54,093 nt of DNA, taken from positions 1-54,093 of IMG/VR virus record IMGVR_UViG_3300032301_000602. The stretch is one strand, 5' to 3'. The position numbers and the translations under genes are program-made. This document shows, piece after piece, positions 1 through 8,428 of this stretch. The DNA comes from a virus. Taxonomy: Duplodnaviria > Caudoviricetes. How positions within the stretch are numbered: the stretch's first letter is position 1; the number at the start of each line of letters is the position of its first letter. The notes under the pieces were generated by a model, which did not search any database, was not told the origin of the DNA, and saw only the letters and a list, made by a program, of their open reading frames with translations.

Positions 1-10
1 CACAACAACC

Positions 11-619
11 ATGACTGTTTATATCTGTGGCCCCATGTCGGGGATCGAAGACCTCAACCACCCCGCCTTCTTCAAGGCTGAAACCCATTTAATGGCTATG
101 ATGTACGATGTGATCAATCCGGCCAGAATGGACGAGGAACTGGGCCTAGACCCCCACCAAGGGGTGATGGACCCCGAATTCCTTAAAAGGGCCGCACAGC
201 GCGATCTGGAGGCCGTAATAGCCTCTGACGGAATCGTCCTGCTCCCCGATTGGGAGAAGTCCAAGGGAGCCAAGGCGGAACTGGCAGTAGCCCAGTGGTT
301 GGGCAAGAAGGTTTACCTTTACCCCGCCATGGTGGAGTATGGCAAGGAGTCGATCTTGGACACGGCCAAACGCCTAACCTCCAGCGACAGGCAGAAGGAC
401 TACGGCCATCCCAAGGACAACTTCAAGCGGATTGCCGATCTCTGGAATGCCTACCTGATCAACCGCAAAAATCCCGAAACAGAAATCTCTATTGAGGATG
501 TGGCTTGGATGATGGTCTTGCTTAAAATGGCGCGAGACCTAAACAAGCCAACCTTAGACAACCTAGTCGATAGCGTAGGGTATATCCGTACCCTCGCCAT
601 GGTCAGAAACATTGAATAA
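11..619 (+). CDS. DUF4406 (nucleoside deoxyribosyltransferase-like) domain fused to a DUF6378-like domain
   Basis: N-term VYICGPMSG..NHPAF..INPA..LLPDWEKSKGAKAE; C-term ILDTAKRLTSSDRQKDYGHPKDNFKRIADLW..KMAR..DNLVDSVGY. Confidence 0.75.
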   Translation: MTVYICGPMSGIEDLNHPAFFKAETHLMAMMYDVINPARMDEELGLDPHQGVMDPEFLKRAAQRDLEAVIASDGIVLLPDWEKSKGAKAELAVAQWLGKKVYLYPAMVEYGKESILDTAKRLTSSDRQKDYGHPKDNFKRIADLWNAYLINRKNPETEISIEDVAWMMVLLKMARDLNKPTLDNLVDSVGYIRTLAMVRNIE

Positions 620-623
620 CCCT

Positions 624-2207
624 ATGAAGAACCCGCAACAACCGAACAAACGAAGGCTCTTCTTCGACATCGAAACCTCACCCAATGTGGTGCTGGCTTG
701 GCGCACAGGCTTCAAGCTCTCCATTCCCCATGACAACATACTGGAGGAACGAGCTATCATCTGTATCTGCTACAAGTGGGAGGGTGACGAGGAGGTCCAT
801 AGTCTTACTTGGGATCGCAAGCAGTGCGACAAGAAGATGCTGCGGGATTTTAGTGGGGTGCTTAATTCTGCCGACGAGGCTATCGGGCATAATTGCGTTG
901 ATGTTAATGCAAGAGTTTTGACAAAAGACTTCAGGTGGATTCGGGCTGGTGACCTTAAAAATGGCAATGAATTAATGGGATTTGATGAAGGGATTCCTCC
1001 AAATTCCCAAAAAAGGACCGAAGGAAAATGGAACAAAGCGCAATACAAAAAAGAATATAGAACAATAGAAACTGGCGTTGTTTCTGGTTTTCAAACGAAA
1101 ATTGCCGAATGCGTAAAAGTTGTTTTTGAAAACGGAGACGAGCTAATAACGACAAAAGATCACTATTGGCTTACGATGCCGCCAGTCTCTAACGATCAGT
1201 CGTGGATTGCTTCACAAGATTTGAAAAATAATTATAGAGTTAACAAGTATTTTTCTCCTTGGGAGCAGGACACAGGTTATGAGGCTGGATGGTTGTCGGG
1301 ATTCATTTCTGGAGAGGGAACCCTAAAACAATCAGAAAGATCTTTTCAGGTTGATTTTTGCCAAAGAAAAACATCAACACTTGAACAAGCTTTGGATTAT
1401 TGCAAAAAACTTGGTTATTCTTTTTCTGAACCAAAATCAAAACATTGTGGGGGACTTGGGCGCGGTGACACTTATTACACGCAATTCCACGGTGGAAAAT
1501 TCAAGACCATGGAAATTATTGGGAGACTTGGAATTAAAAGATTTATTGAAAAAGTAGATTATTCAAAACTTGGCGTGTTGAAGGGAAAGAATGTTCCTAG
1601 GGTGAAAATTGTTTCAGTCGAAGATGTCGGAATGAAAGAAGTTGCCGTTTTTCAAACAAGTTGCAAAACGTTTTTTTGCGAGGGCTATCCAATGCATAAT
1701 TGTGACCGCTTCGATTTGAAGTGGATTAAGACAAGGTGCCTTTACCACCGAATCCCGATGTATCCCAACTACACAACGCTGGACACCCTGAAGGTAGCCC
1801 GTAACCAATTTCTCTTTAACAGCAACAAGCTGGACTACATCGCCAAGTTCTTAGGCTTTGGGGGTAAGATGGACACCGGAGGATTCGGACTGTGGAAGGC
1901 CATCGTCCTAGACAAGTGCAGGGAGAGCCTCCAGAAGATGGTGGACTACTGCAAAATGGATGTGATCCTGCTGGAGAGGGTGTACCAAGAGCTTCGCACC
2001 TACGCCCCCCACAAGTTCAACTACGCAACGGCCTACGGCGGAGAGGCCCATGACTGCCCCAACTGCGAATCCCTCAATGTCAGGGTCAGCAAAACCAACA
2101 CAACCGCTGGCGGTGTACTCAAGAAGCAGATGCAGTGCAAGGACTGCGGAACCTACTACACGATTAGCAATCGGGGCTACGAGAAGTATTTAGCCGAGAA
2201 GGGCTAG
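624..2207 (+). CDS. RNase H-fold (DEDD/YprB-like) exonuclease with C-terminal zinc ribbon, interrupted by an intein
   Basis: LFFDIET (ExoI), GHN/CDRFD (ExoII, split by the intein), YCKMDV (ExoIII), CPNC..CKDC; ATG at 624 preferred over TTG 612. Confidence 0.85.
   Translation: MKNPQQPNKRRLFFDIETSPNVVLAWRTGFKLSIPHDNILEERAIICICYKWEGDEEVHSLTWDRKQCDKKMLRDFSGVLNSADEAIGHNCVDVNARVLTKDFRWIRAGDLKNGNELMGFDEGIPPNSQKRTEGKWNKAQYKKEYRTIETGVVSGFQTKIAECVKVVFENGDELITTKDHYWLTMPPVSNDQSWIASQDLKNNYRVNKYFSPWEQDTGYEAGWLSGFISGEGTLKQSERSFQVDFCQRKTSTLEQALDYCKKLGYSFSEPKSKHCGGLGRGDTYYTQFHGGKFKTMEIIGRLGIKRFIEKVDYSKLGVLKGKNVPRVKIVSVEDVGMKEVAVFQTSCKTFFCEGYPMHNCDRFDLKWIKTRCLYHRIPMYPNYTTLDTLKVARNQFLFNSNKLDYIAKFLGFGGKMDTGGFGLWKAIVLDKCRESLQKMVDYCKMDVILLERVYQELRTYAPHKFNYATAYGGEAHDCPNCESLNVRVSKTNTTAGGVLKKQMQCKDCGTYYTISNRGYEKYLAEKG
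894..1700 (+). mobile_element. Intein (269 aa) with a LAGLIDADG-type homing endonuclease motif
   Basis: Starts CVDVNARVLT, block B TKDHYWLT, GWLSGFISGEG, ends FFCEGYPMHN followed by Cys+1; more AT-rich than the exteins. Confidence 0.9.
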
Positions 2208-2857
2208 AACTCCCTTAACTGGGCCCCTGTTGTGCTATCGTAAATAGGACCATCTCCGTCACCGGGATCGTAGGGCCAGTACTCAACTGCGTTCATCACT
2301 ATAGAGGCTGTGCCTCTTCCACCAACGCCAGCAGGAAGTGTTCTGTAGAGGGGTTTTGTAATGCTGTATCCAGAAAAATTTAATTCCCAAGTACCATTGG
2401 TTCCAAAGTCATAATCTGGATCATAATTGGATCTATACGACTCTTCTCCGTCATTGATCACAAATGTGACAAAATAATTGTCAGAATCATCGACGTATGC
2501 AGCACCTAACTCAGAGCTAAATTCTGTGATGCCGTAACTTGTTCTGAGGTACCAGTCTGTAAAACCGCATACAAGATCTGTTTCTGTAGCAAGTCCACTT
2601 GTCTCGCCATCTTCGTCGCCAATCCTCATTGTGAATGTGTCTGAATAGGAATTGCCTCCAACAAAAGTGTTTGCAATAACCTCAAATGCTCTAACCCTCC
2701 AATATAAAGCCATCACCATGTCAAGATTCCCCTCTATAAAGTAACTAGGATCGAACTCAAGAGGCCAATCTGCAATTGGCTGAATATTACCACCACCGGA
2801 AGGGAAACCACTTCCAAAAGTCTGAGGTAGCAATCCAATTTTTCTTACCGTGGCCAT
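2204..2857 (-). CDS. Hypothetical protein, probably virion/tail-associated
   Basis: 217-aa acidic, beta-rich ORF at the end of a minus-strand operon. Confidence 0.5.
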   Translation of the reverse strand: MATVRKIGLLPQTFGSGFPSGGGNIQPIADWPLEFDPSYFIEGNLDMVMALYWRVRAFEVIANTFVGGNSYSDTFTMRIGDEDGETSGLATETDLVCGFTDWYLRTSYGITEFSSELGAAYVDDSDNYFVTFVINDGEESYRSNYDPDYDFGTNGTWELNFSGYSITKPLYRTLPAGVGGRGTASIVMNAVEYWPYDPGDGDGPIYDSTTGAQLREF

Positions 2858-2866
2858 GAGCTATTC

Positions 2867-3763
2867 TTATTCTGGAAGGACTAGCTCCTTATTCCACACA
2901 ACAAACCAGTAATTTTTTGCTGTTCCATTTTCGCATACGGCAAACTCTTTGGCAATTGCTGGACCATTCTCAATGTCGCTTGGAAATCCAGCCACATAAT
3001 ATTCATCTTTCGGCAAATCGGGTTCACCCAGTTTGGAAGATTCAGATTTAAAAAGAGCAAAAGCCTTGCCCTGTCCGTCTGCCCTGTTTAGGGGTATGGC
3101 AATTGATCCTGCGGCTCTTTCTGCTGTTTCAAATTCTTGTAGCCTTGTTTTGTATTCATCCATTGTCTCGCCCTTTTGACGAGTATCAGATGTCTTGTCG
3201 AAATCTGGATCAGACTTTTTGCGCTCTTCTCTCCGAGATTCGGCGGCGGCATAGGCATCACGCGAACTGGAATCATCTTTGCGGCTTCCAAAATCCGAAT
3301 CATTAAGTCGAGAGGTTCTTTGCAAAACCTCAAAATCAGATCCTCCGGCCTTGCTTCCAAAATTTGGATCATCCAACCTTGATGGTAAATATGGTTGATT
3401 GAAATTGGCATTCCCCATAGTGCCAAAGTCTTCGCTTGCCGTTGACCTTCTTGCGGTATTAAAGGATATGGAACTCCCCTCAATTACCGGACCCTGTCCA
3501 TCAATCGTAACCTTTTTCAAGGTATCAACAACCGCCTGCCTTGCTATCTCGCGAGTGTCAGGAGGGGGCGTAACATACTGGGGGTCTGGTATGGGAGGAA
3601 GCGGTTCAACTGTTGGCGGAAATTGACTTCCACCAATGGCCTCTTGGTCCGTCTTTGCAACCTGCTCCGCAATAATATTAAAAGACCGAGTGTCTTCTGC
3701 GGGAAGGATCGGGCCAGATGTTGATTCATCTATGGCCCCGCCTGAAAGAATATCATGATTCAT
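2867..3763 (-). CDS. Hypothetical protein, possibly virion-associated
   Basis: 298-aa ORF, stop/start coupled to the upstream gene. Confidence 0.5.
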   Translation of the reverse strand: MNHDILSGGAIDESTSGPILPAEDTRSFNIIAEQVAKTDQEAIGGSQFPPTVEPLPPIPDPQYVTPPPDTREIARQAVVDTLKKVTIDGQGPVIEGSSISFNTARRSTASEDFGTMGNANFNQPYLPSRLDDPNFGSKAGGSDFEVLQRTSRLNDSDFGSRKDDSSSRDAYAAAESRREERKKSDPDFDKTSDTRQKGETMDEYKTRLQEFETAERAAGSIAIPLNRADGQGKAFALFKSESSKLGEPDLPKDEYYVAGFPSDIENGPAIAKEFAVCENGTAKNYWFVVWNKELVLPE

Positions 3764-4383
3764 TAGATTTTTATGTGTTGGAACACGCTTGCCCAGTGTG
3801 GCTCAAGGATGTGGGCCAAGGAAACCTCATCCATGGTATGGCAGTCTAGTATAGATTGATAGTGTGAAATTGGTCTTTTTAAAACAACATCTCTTTTAAC
3901 ATAAAATTGCGCCCCAATTACCATGCTTGTTGATTTTGGAATCTCCTCTTCTCCCCACGCTTTTTTAAATATGGTTTCTTTTATTGAGTGTTTCTCAATT
4001 GGCAATCCAAGCGTGTTGTAATTCTGTCCAATATAACAAACCGGAAATTCAAATCTTGGATTACCCCAAAACAATTCCATTACTACTTCAACATTTAAGG
4101 CGAAGTGCCACCAAGGTTCGGCTTGCAGAAACACAATAGTCTCGGGAAGGTTTTCATAATTTGAAATAATGTATTGGAGATAGTGTCCCGCCTCTCTTCC
4201 AATGTTATCAACAAGGACTTCTTTGTTTGTTTTTTGATTTTGAATCTCTTCTCCAGAATTAGAAAGATAAATTGAATAATTCCTCTCTTCTATTTTGGGG
4301 ATAAATTTAAGCCACTTCATTGGCTCCGAATATCTGGCAAGGACAATTTCGTATTTATATTTTTCAGTTTCCATTTCTTTCAC
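3763..4383 (-). CDS. DUF3431-family (glycosyltransferase-like) protein
   Basis: EIVLARYSE..W, NIGREAGHYLQYIISNYENLPETIVFLQ, GAQFYV, AHILE..W; AT-rich; start may be ATG 4374. Confidence 0.75.
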   Translation of the reverse strand: MKEMETEKYKYEIVLARYSEPMKWLKFIPKIEERNYSIYLSNSGEEIQNQKTNKEVLVDNIGREAGHYLQYIISNYENLPETIVFLQAEPWWHFALNVEVVMELFWGNPRFEFPVCYIGQNYNTLGLPIEKHSIKETIFKKAWGEEEIPKSTSMVIGAQFYVKRDVVLKRPISHYQSILDCHTMDEVSLAHILEPHWASVFQHIKI

Positions 4384-4385
4384 AA

Positions 4386-6245
4386 TTAAAGTTCTGGAAG
4401 GTAAACTTCAATAATTTCCGTAATCCAAATACCCTGCTTCCAATGCTCGCTTTGACGGGCCACCTCAACGTAGTTGCCCCAATCAAGATCGACCTGTCTG
4501 GTTGCTGGTATGGTAAAATTTTCCCCGCTAGGAAGGGTTACCGGAACATCGCTTCTTAAACACTTTGGAAGCGTCAAATTAAAAATTGATTTTCCCCTAG
4601 AGGTTGTTGTGCTTTCTGATACCGATTGATTTTCAGATGAGCTTGTTCCAGTGCTTGTAGAAGAGGATGTGGAGCTATTGGTCCCACTACTGGTGGAACT
4701 ATTGGTTCCGCTAGAGGTTGATGATTGTGTCCCGCTTGAGGTGGAGGAACTTGTTCCGCTACTTGTGGAAGAGCTAGTTCCGCTATTTGTACCGCTACTT
4801 GTCCCGCTATTTGTAGATGAGCTAGTTCCGCTGTTGGTGCCACTATTGGTTCCGCTATTTGTAGAAGAACTTGTTCCGCTAGTTGTGCCACTGCTTGTTG
4901 AGCTTCCTGTTTGTGATTGTGTTCCGCTGGACGTTGAAGATTGTACTGCATTGGTAAACGATTCGGAGTTGTACTGTGATGCGGTATTTGTTTGCCTGTC
5001 GCCCACCAACGCCGCGCCACTGTTGCTAACAGTGGCACTGCTCCCCCCTGCTCCAGTTGTGGTATTTGTAGATACAGTCGTACTGGTGCTTGTTCCAGAA
5101 TTGGTTCCACTGGAGGTGGAGCTATTGGTGCCACTGTTTGTGCCGCTGCTGGTTCCACTGGTTGTAGAGGAAGATGTTCCAGATGAAGTGGATGACTGAG
5201 TGCCGCTATTGGTCGAGGAGGTTGTGCCAGAGCTAGTCGAGGATGACGTTCCAGAGCTTGTGCTTGAATTTGTTCCGCTATTCGTCGAGCTATTGGTTCC
5301 GCTTGAAGTGGAACTGCTTGTCCCGCTGGATGTTGATGACTGCGTCGAGGACTGTGTGCCACTTGAGGTGGAACTATTTGTTCCGGTATTGGTTGAATTT
5401 GATGTGCTTTCTGAACTATTTTCAGAAACACGCTCATATTCAACAGCGTAATAATATGGTTCAGCCCAGTACTTGGGGGATATTGTTGGGGCGTCATCCT
5501 CTGGGGGGCCAAGGCTAAATTTGCGGACATACCTTGCTTTAAGAGGCATGTCTGGCGCGGTCCTCCAAGTTGGAATCGGCTGATAGTTTTCCGTCCCAAC
5601 AATTTGGAGATCAATCAAAACGTCAGGAAATGACTCCTTGCGGTAGCCGTACCAAACCTGATCCGCTGGAAGCTGGGAAAGCTTGGTGGATACCCTCCAG
5701 CTATGCCACTGGTTCTTGGGCTCAATCTCCACCGATTCAAGTCCATCAATCCCGCCAATCGCAGTAGCTGCATCTACCAATTGCTTGGTGTATTCAAGGG
5801 AAACTCCGTAACGTGGGTCCACTTGAATTCCGGTCAATGGGGCAAACTCATCTACCCTGACAGTCTGCTTGACCCCGAAGGCTTGGTTTTCAGGGGTAAT
5901 GGCACTGGAGACAACCCCGAATCCCGCATCAGCTTCGGTTCCTGCCGCTACGGGTTGCCTCGAAAGGGTGGCGTAGTTGCCGTCATTGTCGATAATCCTT
6001 CCCGTAATGACAGGGCCATCCAGCTTCTCGTAGACCCAGATAACCCTTTCGTCAGAGTTGGTGGGGTTAACCTGAATGAAGGTGTGGTCCAAGAACCTCT
6101 TATCAGGGCATGGATCTCCCACATTGGGGGCTCTGTAATTGTCCACCCTTGGGTCCTTCTTTATATGGATAACCGGAAAGTCCCGATTTCCATAGCGATA
6201 TTCAGCAATGAAGGCTTTGCCTAAGGGAGGATACTCTGTGGCCAT
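4386..6245 (-). CDS. Putative virion protein with a ~280-aa Ser/Thr/Gly/Asn repeat insert
   Basis: 619 aa; own promoter upstream; xSST/xSGT tetrapeptide arrays. Confidence 0.7.
   Translation of the reverse strand: MATEYPPLGKAFIAEYRYGNRDFPVIHIKKDPRVDNYRAPNVGDPCPDKRFLDHTFIQVNPTNSDERVIWVYEKLDGPVITGRIIDNDGNYATLSRQPVAAGTEADAGFGVVSSAITPENQAFGVKQTVRVDEFAPLTGIQVDPRYGVSLEYTKQLVDAATAIGGIDGLESVEIEPKNQWHSWRVSTKLSQLPADQVWYGYRKESFPDVLIDLQIVGTENYQPIPTWRTAPDMPLKARYVRKFSLGPPEDDAPTISPKYWAEPYYYAVEYERVSENSSESTSNSTNTGTNSSTSSGTQSSTQSSTSSGTSSSTSSGTNSSTNSGTNSSTSSGTSSSTSSGTTSSTNSGTQSSTSSGTSSSTTSGTSSGTNSGTNSSTSSGTNSGTSTSTTVSTNTTTGAGGSSATVSNSGAALVGDRQTNTASQYNSESFTNAVQSSTSSGTQSQTGSSTSSGTTSGTSSSTNSGTNSGTNSGTSSSTNSGTSSGTNSGTSSSTSSGTSSSTSSGTQSSTSSGTNSSTSSGTNSSTSSSTSTGTSSSENQSVSESTTTSRGKSIFNLTLPKCLRSDVPVTLPSGENFTIPATRQVDLDWGNYVEVARQSEHWKQGIWITEIIEVYLPEL
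4600..5430 (-). repeat. Codon-diversified 12/24-nt coding repeat (SSTSSGTN-like) in two arms around a non-repetitive centre
   Basis: Arms about 4620-4945 and 5080-5420. Confidence 0.9.
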
Positions 6246-6256
6246 AAATCGCTGGT

Positions 6257-6285
6257 AAGCTACTCTAAAAAACCTATGGTGGCAA
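6257..6285 (-). promoter_or_regulatory. Sigma70-like promoter for the 4386-6245 operon
   Basis: TTGCCA-N17-TAGCTT, 11 nt upstream of the ATG. Confidence 0.55.
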
Positions 6286-6298
6286 GGTCATTTTCCGC

Positions 6299-6335
6299 TT
6301 GCAAGATTGAACAAAGCTGATAGTTTGTGGTCTGA
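6299..6335 (+). promoter_or_regulatory. Nested sigma70-like and TTGAAC-N17-GTC promoters
   Basis: TTGCAA-N16-TAGTTT (6299-6326) and TTGAAC-N17-GTCTGA (6307-6335). Confidence 0.6.
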
Positions 6336-6412
6336 GGCTATGTCCTCATATGTTGTGTGTGTGTGGTTCCTGTCGGGGGTAGGTTAGTGGTTTTTCCTGC
6401 CCCCGACTTTTT
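6333..6412 (+). ncRNA. Candidate ~70-80 nt small RNA
   Basis: Bounded by promoters and an intrinsic terminator; GU-rich single-stranded core. Confidence 0.45.
6372..6412 (+). terminator. Rho-independent terminator
   Basis: GTCGGGGGTAGG..CCTGCCCCCGAC followed by TTTTT. Confidence 0.75.
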
Positions 6413-6424
6413 CTTGAAAAGATT

Positions 6425-6462
6425 TTGAACGAGTTGACAATTGGACTGTCGAAGTTTATTCA
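6425..6462 (+). promoter_or_regulatory. Nested promoters for the HNH gene
   Basis: TTGAAC-N17-GTCGAA (6425-6453) and TTGACA-N17-TATTCA (6434-6462). Confidence 0.55.
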
Positions 6463-6477
6463 CAACTAATATATCCC

Positions 6478-7335
6478 ATGTCATTCCAAAATCCAAATCA
6501 GCGAGAAAAAGACCCGACCATCAACCGAAGGAAATTTGGAGAAAAAAGAGAACTTGATGGAAAGTTTTTCTTTTATTACATGAGAAATAAAAGAAAGGAT
6601 GGCACTGTTTACGTTGGTGAAAAATGGGGAACGGCAGAAGAAATTGAGGCTTACAAAAAAAGAAACAGGGAATATTATCACAAAAAAGGAATAAAGGAGA
6701 AGGTTCAAAAAAGAGTTCAAAAATACTATTCCGAAAACCAAGGGCCCATTAAGAAGCTGCGATCTTTATATAGAAAAAGACATAAAGCAAAAATAAAAGA
6801 AAGCTCTAAGCGTTATCGAAATGAACCAGCAAACAGGGAAAAAATAAGAAAAACAAAACTTAATTGGCAAAGAAAGAATCCCGAAAAAATTAAACAGTAT
6901 ACAAAAAAATACCTAAATCAGCCCCTGACAAAAAAACGTAGAGCCGAATATATTAGAACCCGCAGAAAAACAAATCCACAAGAAAATTTAGCTGGAAGCA
7001 TTCGCAAAAGAATATGGGCGGTGCTAAAGGCTAAAAGCATTAAAAAATTACGCTCAACAAACGAGCTTTTGGGGTGTTCTTTTGCCTTTTTGAAAGATCA
7101 TTTAGAATCTCAATTTAAAGAGGGTATGTCTTGGAAAAATCGTTCCAGCTTCCACATCGATCACATACGTCCATTGGCATCTTTTGATCTTACAGACCCA
7201 GAGCAATTAAAAACCGCTTGCCACTGGACAAATCTTCAGCCACTTTATCCAGACGAAAATTTGAAAAAATCAAAAAAGTTTGAACATACAAACACCTTAT
7301 GTGTCCGACCTATTGAACAACAACTAACTAACTAA
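6478..7335 (+). CDS. HNH-family (homing-type) endonuclease
   Basis: Basic helical N-term; FHIDHIRPLASFDL..CHWTNLQPL..ENLKK; AT-rich. Confidence 0.85.
   Translation: MSFQNPNQREKDPTINRRKFGEKRELDGKFFFYYMRNKRKDGTVYVGEKWGTAEEIEAYKKRNREYYHKKGIKEKVQKRVQKYYSENQGPIKKLRSLYRKRHKAKIKESSKRYRNEPANREKIRKTKLNWQRKNPEKIKQYTKKYLNQPLTKKRRAEYIRTRRKTNPQENLAGSIRKRIWAVLKAKSIKKLRSTNELLGCSFAFLKDHLESQFKEGMSWKNRSSFHIDHIRPLASFDLTDPEQLKTACHWTNLQPLYPDENLKKSKKFEHTNTLCVRPIEQQLTN
7280..7308 (+). promoter_or_regulatory. TTGAAC-N17-GTC promoter for the 7340 operon
   Basis: TTGAAC-N17-GTCCGA inside the 3' end of the HNH gene. Confidence 0.55.
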
Positions 7336-7339
7336 CATT

Positions 7340-7972
7340 ATGGGATTCCAAAAGCCACAACAGTATCAAACACTTCCTAAATTAAACCACTCTGACCTCG
7401 TCAAGATCGGACCCAAGTTGCTGACGATAGCAACCACCCCGAAGACCATTACCCGCAAGGCGGATCAAAAACGCTTTCATATGATAACCCTTGATATTGA
7501 TGGGGTTATGCATACCTATTTTATCCCTAACAAGGAGATCGAAGAGAACCTTAAACAGTATGTCGGTAAGACGGTAGTGGTTATTGCTTCCGGCAACGAC
7601 AAGCAGGGGACCGCTACGATGGAAATCCAAGCCGCGATGGTCAAGGCTTCGTCCTTGGATAAGCCCGTGGTTGCCCACAAGCCCACAGCGGAGCCCATCA
7701 AGAATCCCGAACCCAAGGATCGCGAAGCCAAAGCCTTCCTCTGTCAGGCAGCTAATCTGATGCGCCTTTGCGTCAAGAAGGCCAACGACATTGCTGTTGA
7801 GCTAGACCTTCCAAACGAACATCGTCAGGGCATTGCCTCAAGTCTGTTCATCCAAGCTGATCGTTCTGGGTTCACCTTCAAGATGCCGATCAGTGCCTAC
7901 ACTCCAGAAGAACTGGGATGGGGGGCAAGCAAGGCCGATTCTCTCACAACCCCGCAACCAGAAGATGAGTGA
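7340..7972 (+). CDS. Hypothetical protein (possible ssDNA-binding/recombination factor)
   Basis: 210 aa, beta-rich N-half, acidic tail, precedes SWIM and PD-(D/E)XK genes; function is inference only. Confidence 0.45.
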   Translation: MGFQKPQQYQTLPKLNHSDLVKIGPKLLTIATTPKTITRKADQKRFHMITLDIDGVMHTYFIPNKEIEENLKQYVGKTVVVIASGNDKQGTATMEIQAAMVKASSLDKPVVAHKPTAEPIKNPEPKDREAKAFLCQAANLMRLCVKKANDIAVELDLPNEHRQGIASSLFIQADRSGFTFKMPISAYTPEELGWGASKADSLTTPQPEDE

Positions 7973-8249
7973 TGGAAGAGTCGTTGGCATCAAAATTCTG
8001 TACCAAAATGCGGGATCAGTCCTCGTGCAAAGTCGGACCAATCGCGAAGACTACTACATGGTGGAATTTGTTTCCGAATGGACCGAAGACCCAGCAACAG
8101 GACAATCAACCCGCCACTACACAGGGGAAATTACCTGCACTTGTCCAAGCTATCAATTCCGCAAGGAGTGCTTCCACATCCGCTACATCTGTAAACTCTT
8201 GGGCATCAAAACGCCGCAAGCAAACAACCAACTAGAAAGAGCAGCATAA
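7965..8249 (+). CDS. SWIM zinc-finger protein
   Basis: CTCPSYQFRKECFHI; start at ATG 7965. Confidence 0.75.
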   Translation: MSDGRVVGIKILYQNAGSVLVQSRTNREDYYMVEFVSEWTEDPATGQSTRHYTGEITCTCPSYQFRKECFHIRYICKLLGIKTPQANNQLERAA

Positions 8250-8404
8250 TGAAAAACGGTAAAAAGAAAATCGCAAAAGTCATGCGCGAGTATGGCAAGG
8301 GTAAGCTAAAAAGTAGCTCTGGCCAAAAGGTCAAGAGTCAGAAGCAGGCCGTAGCTATCGCACTCAGCGAAGCTGGCATGAGCAAAAAGAAGAAGGGCAA
8401 GTAA
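8249..8404 (+). CDS. Small basic protein, DUF6496-like (not in ORF track)
   Basis: MKNGKKKIAKVMREYGKGKLKSSSGQKVKSQKQAVAIALSEAGMSKKKKGK. Confidence 0.75.
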   Translation: MKNGKKKIAKVMREYGKGKLKSSSGQKVKSQKQAVAIALSEAGMSKKKKGK

Positions 8405-8428
8405 GCCCATAAATACGCTGGGACAAGT

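Noticed and set aside
887-1702. 9-bp direct repeat GCATAATTG flanking the intein as a target-site duplication
   Set aside because: Explained by His-Asn-Cys codons occurring at both splice junctions.
4600-5430. CRISPR array or ice-nucleation repeat
   Set aside because: No identical repeats with unique spacers; it lacks the AGYGST 16-mer of ice-nucleation proteins.
4574-5614. Long alternative-frame and antisense ORFs (VPLLVEEL.., QVAEQ..)
   Set aside because: Shadows of the Ser/Thr repeat, which lacks stops in other frames; no start context.
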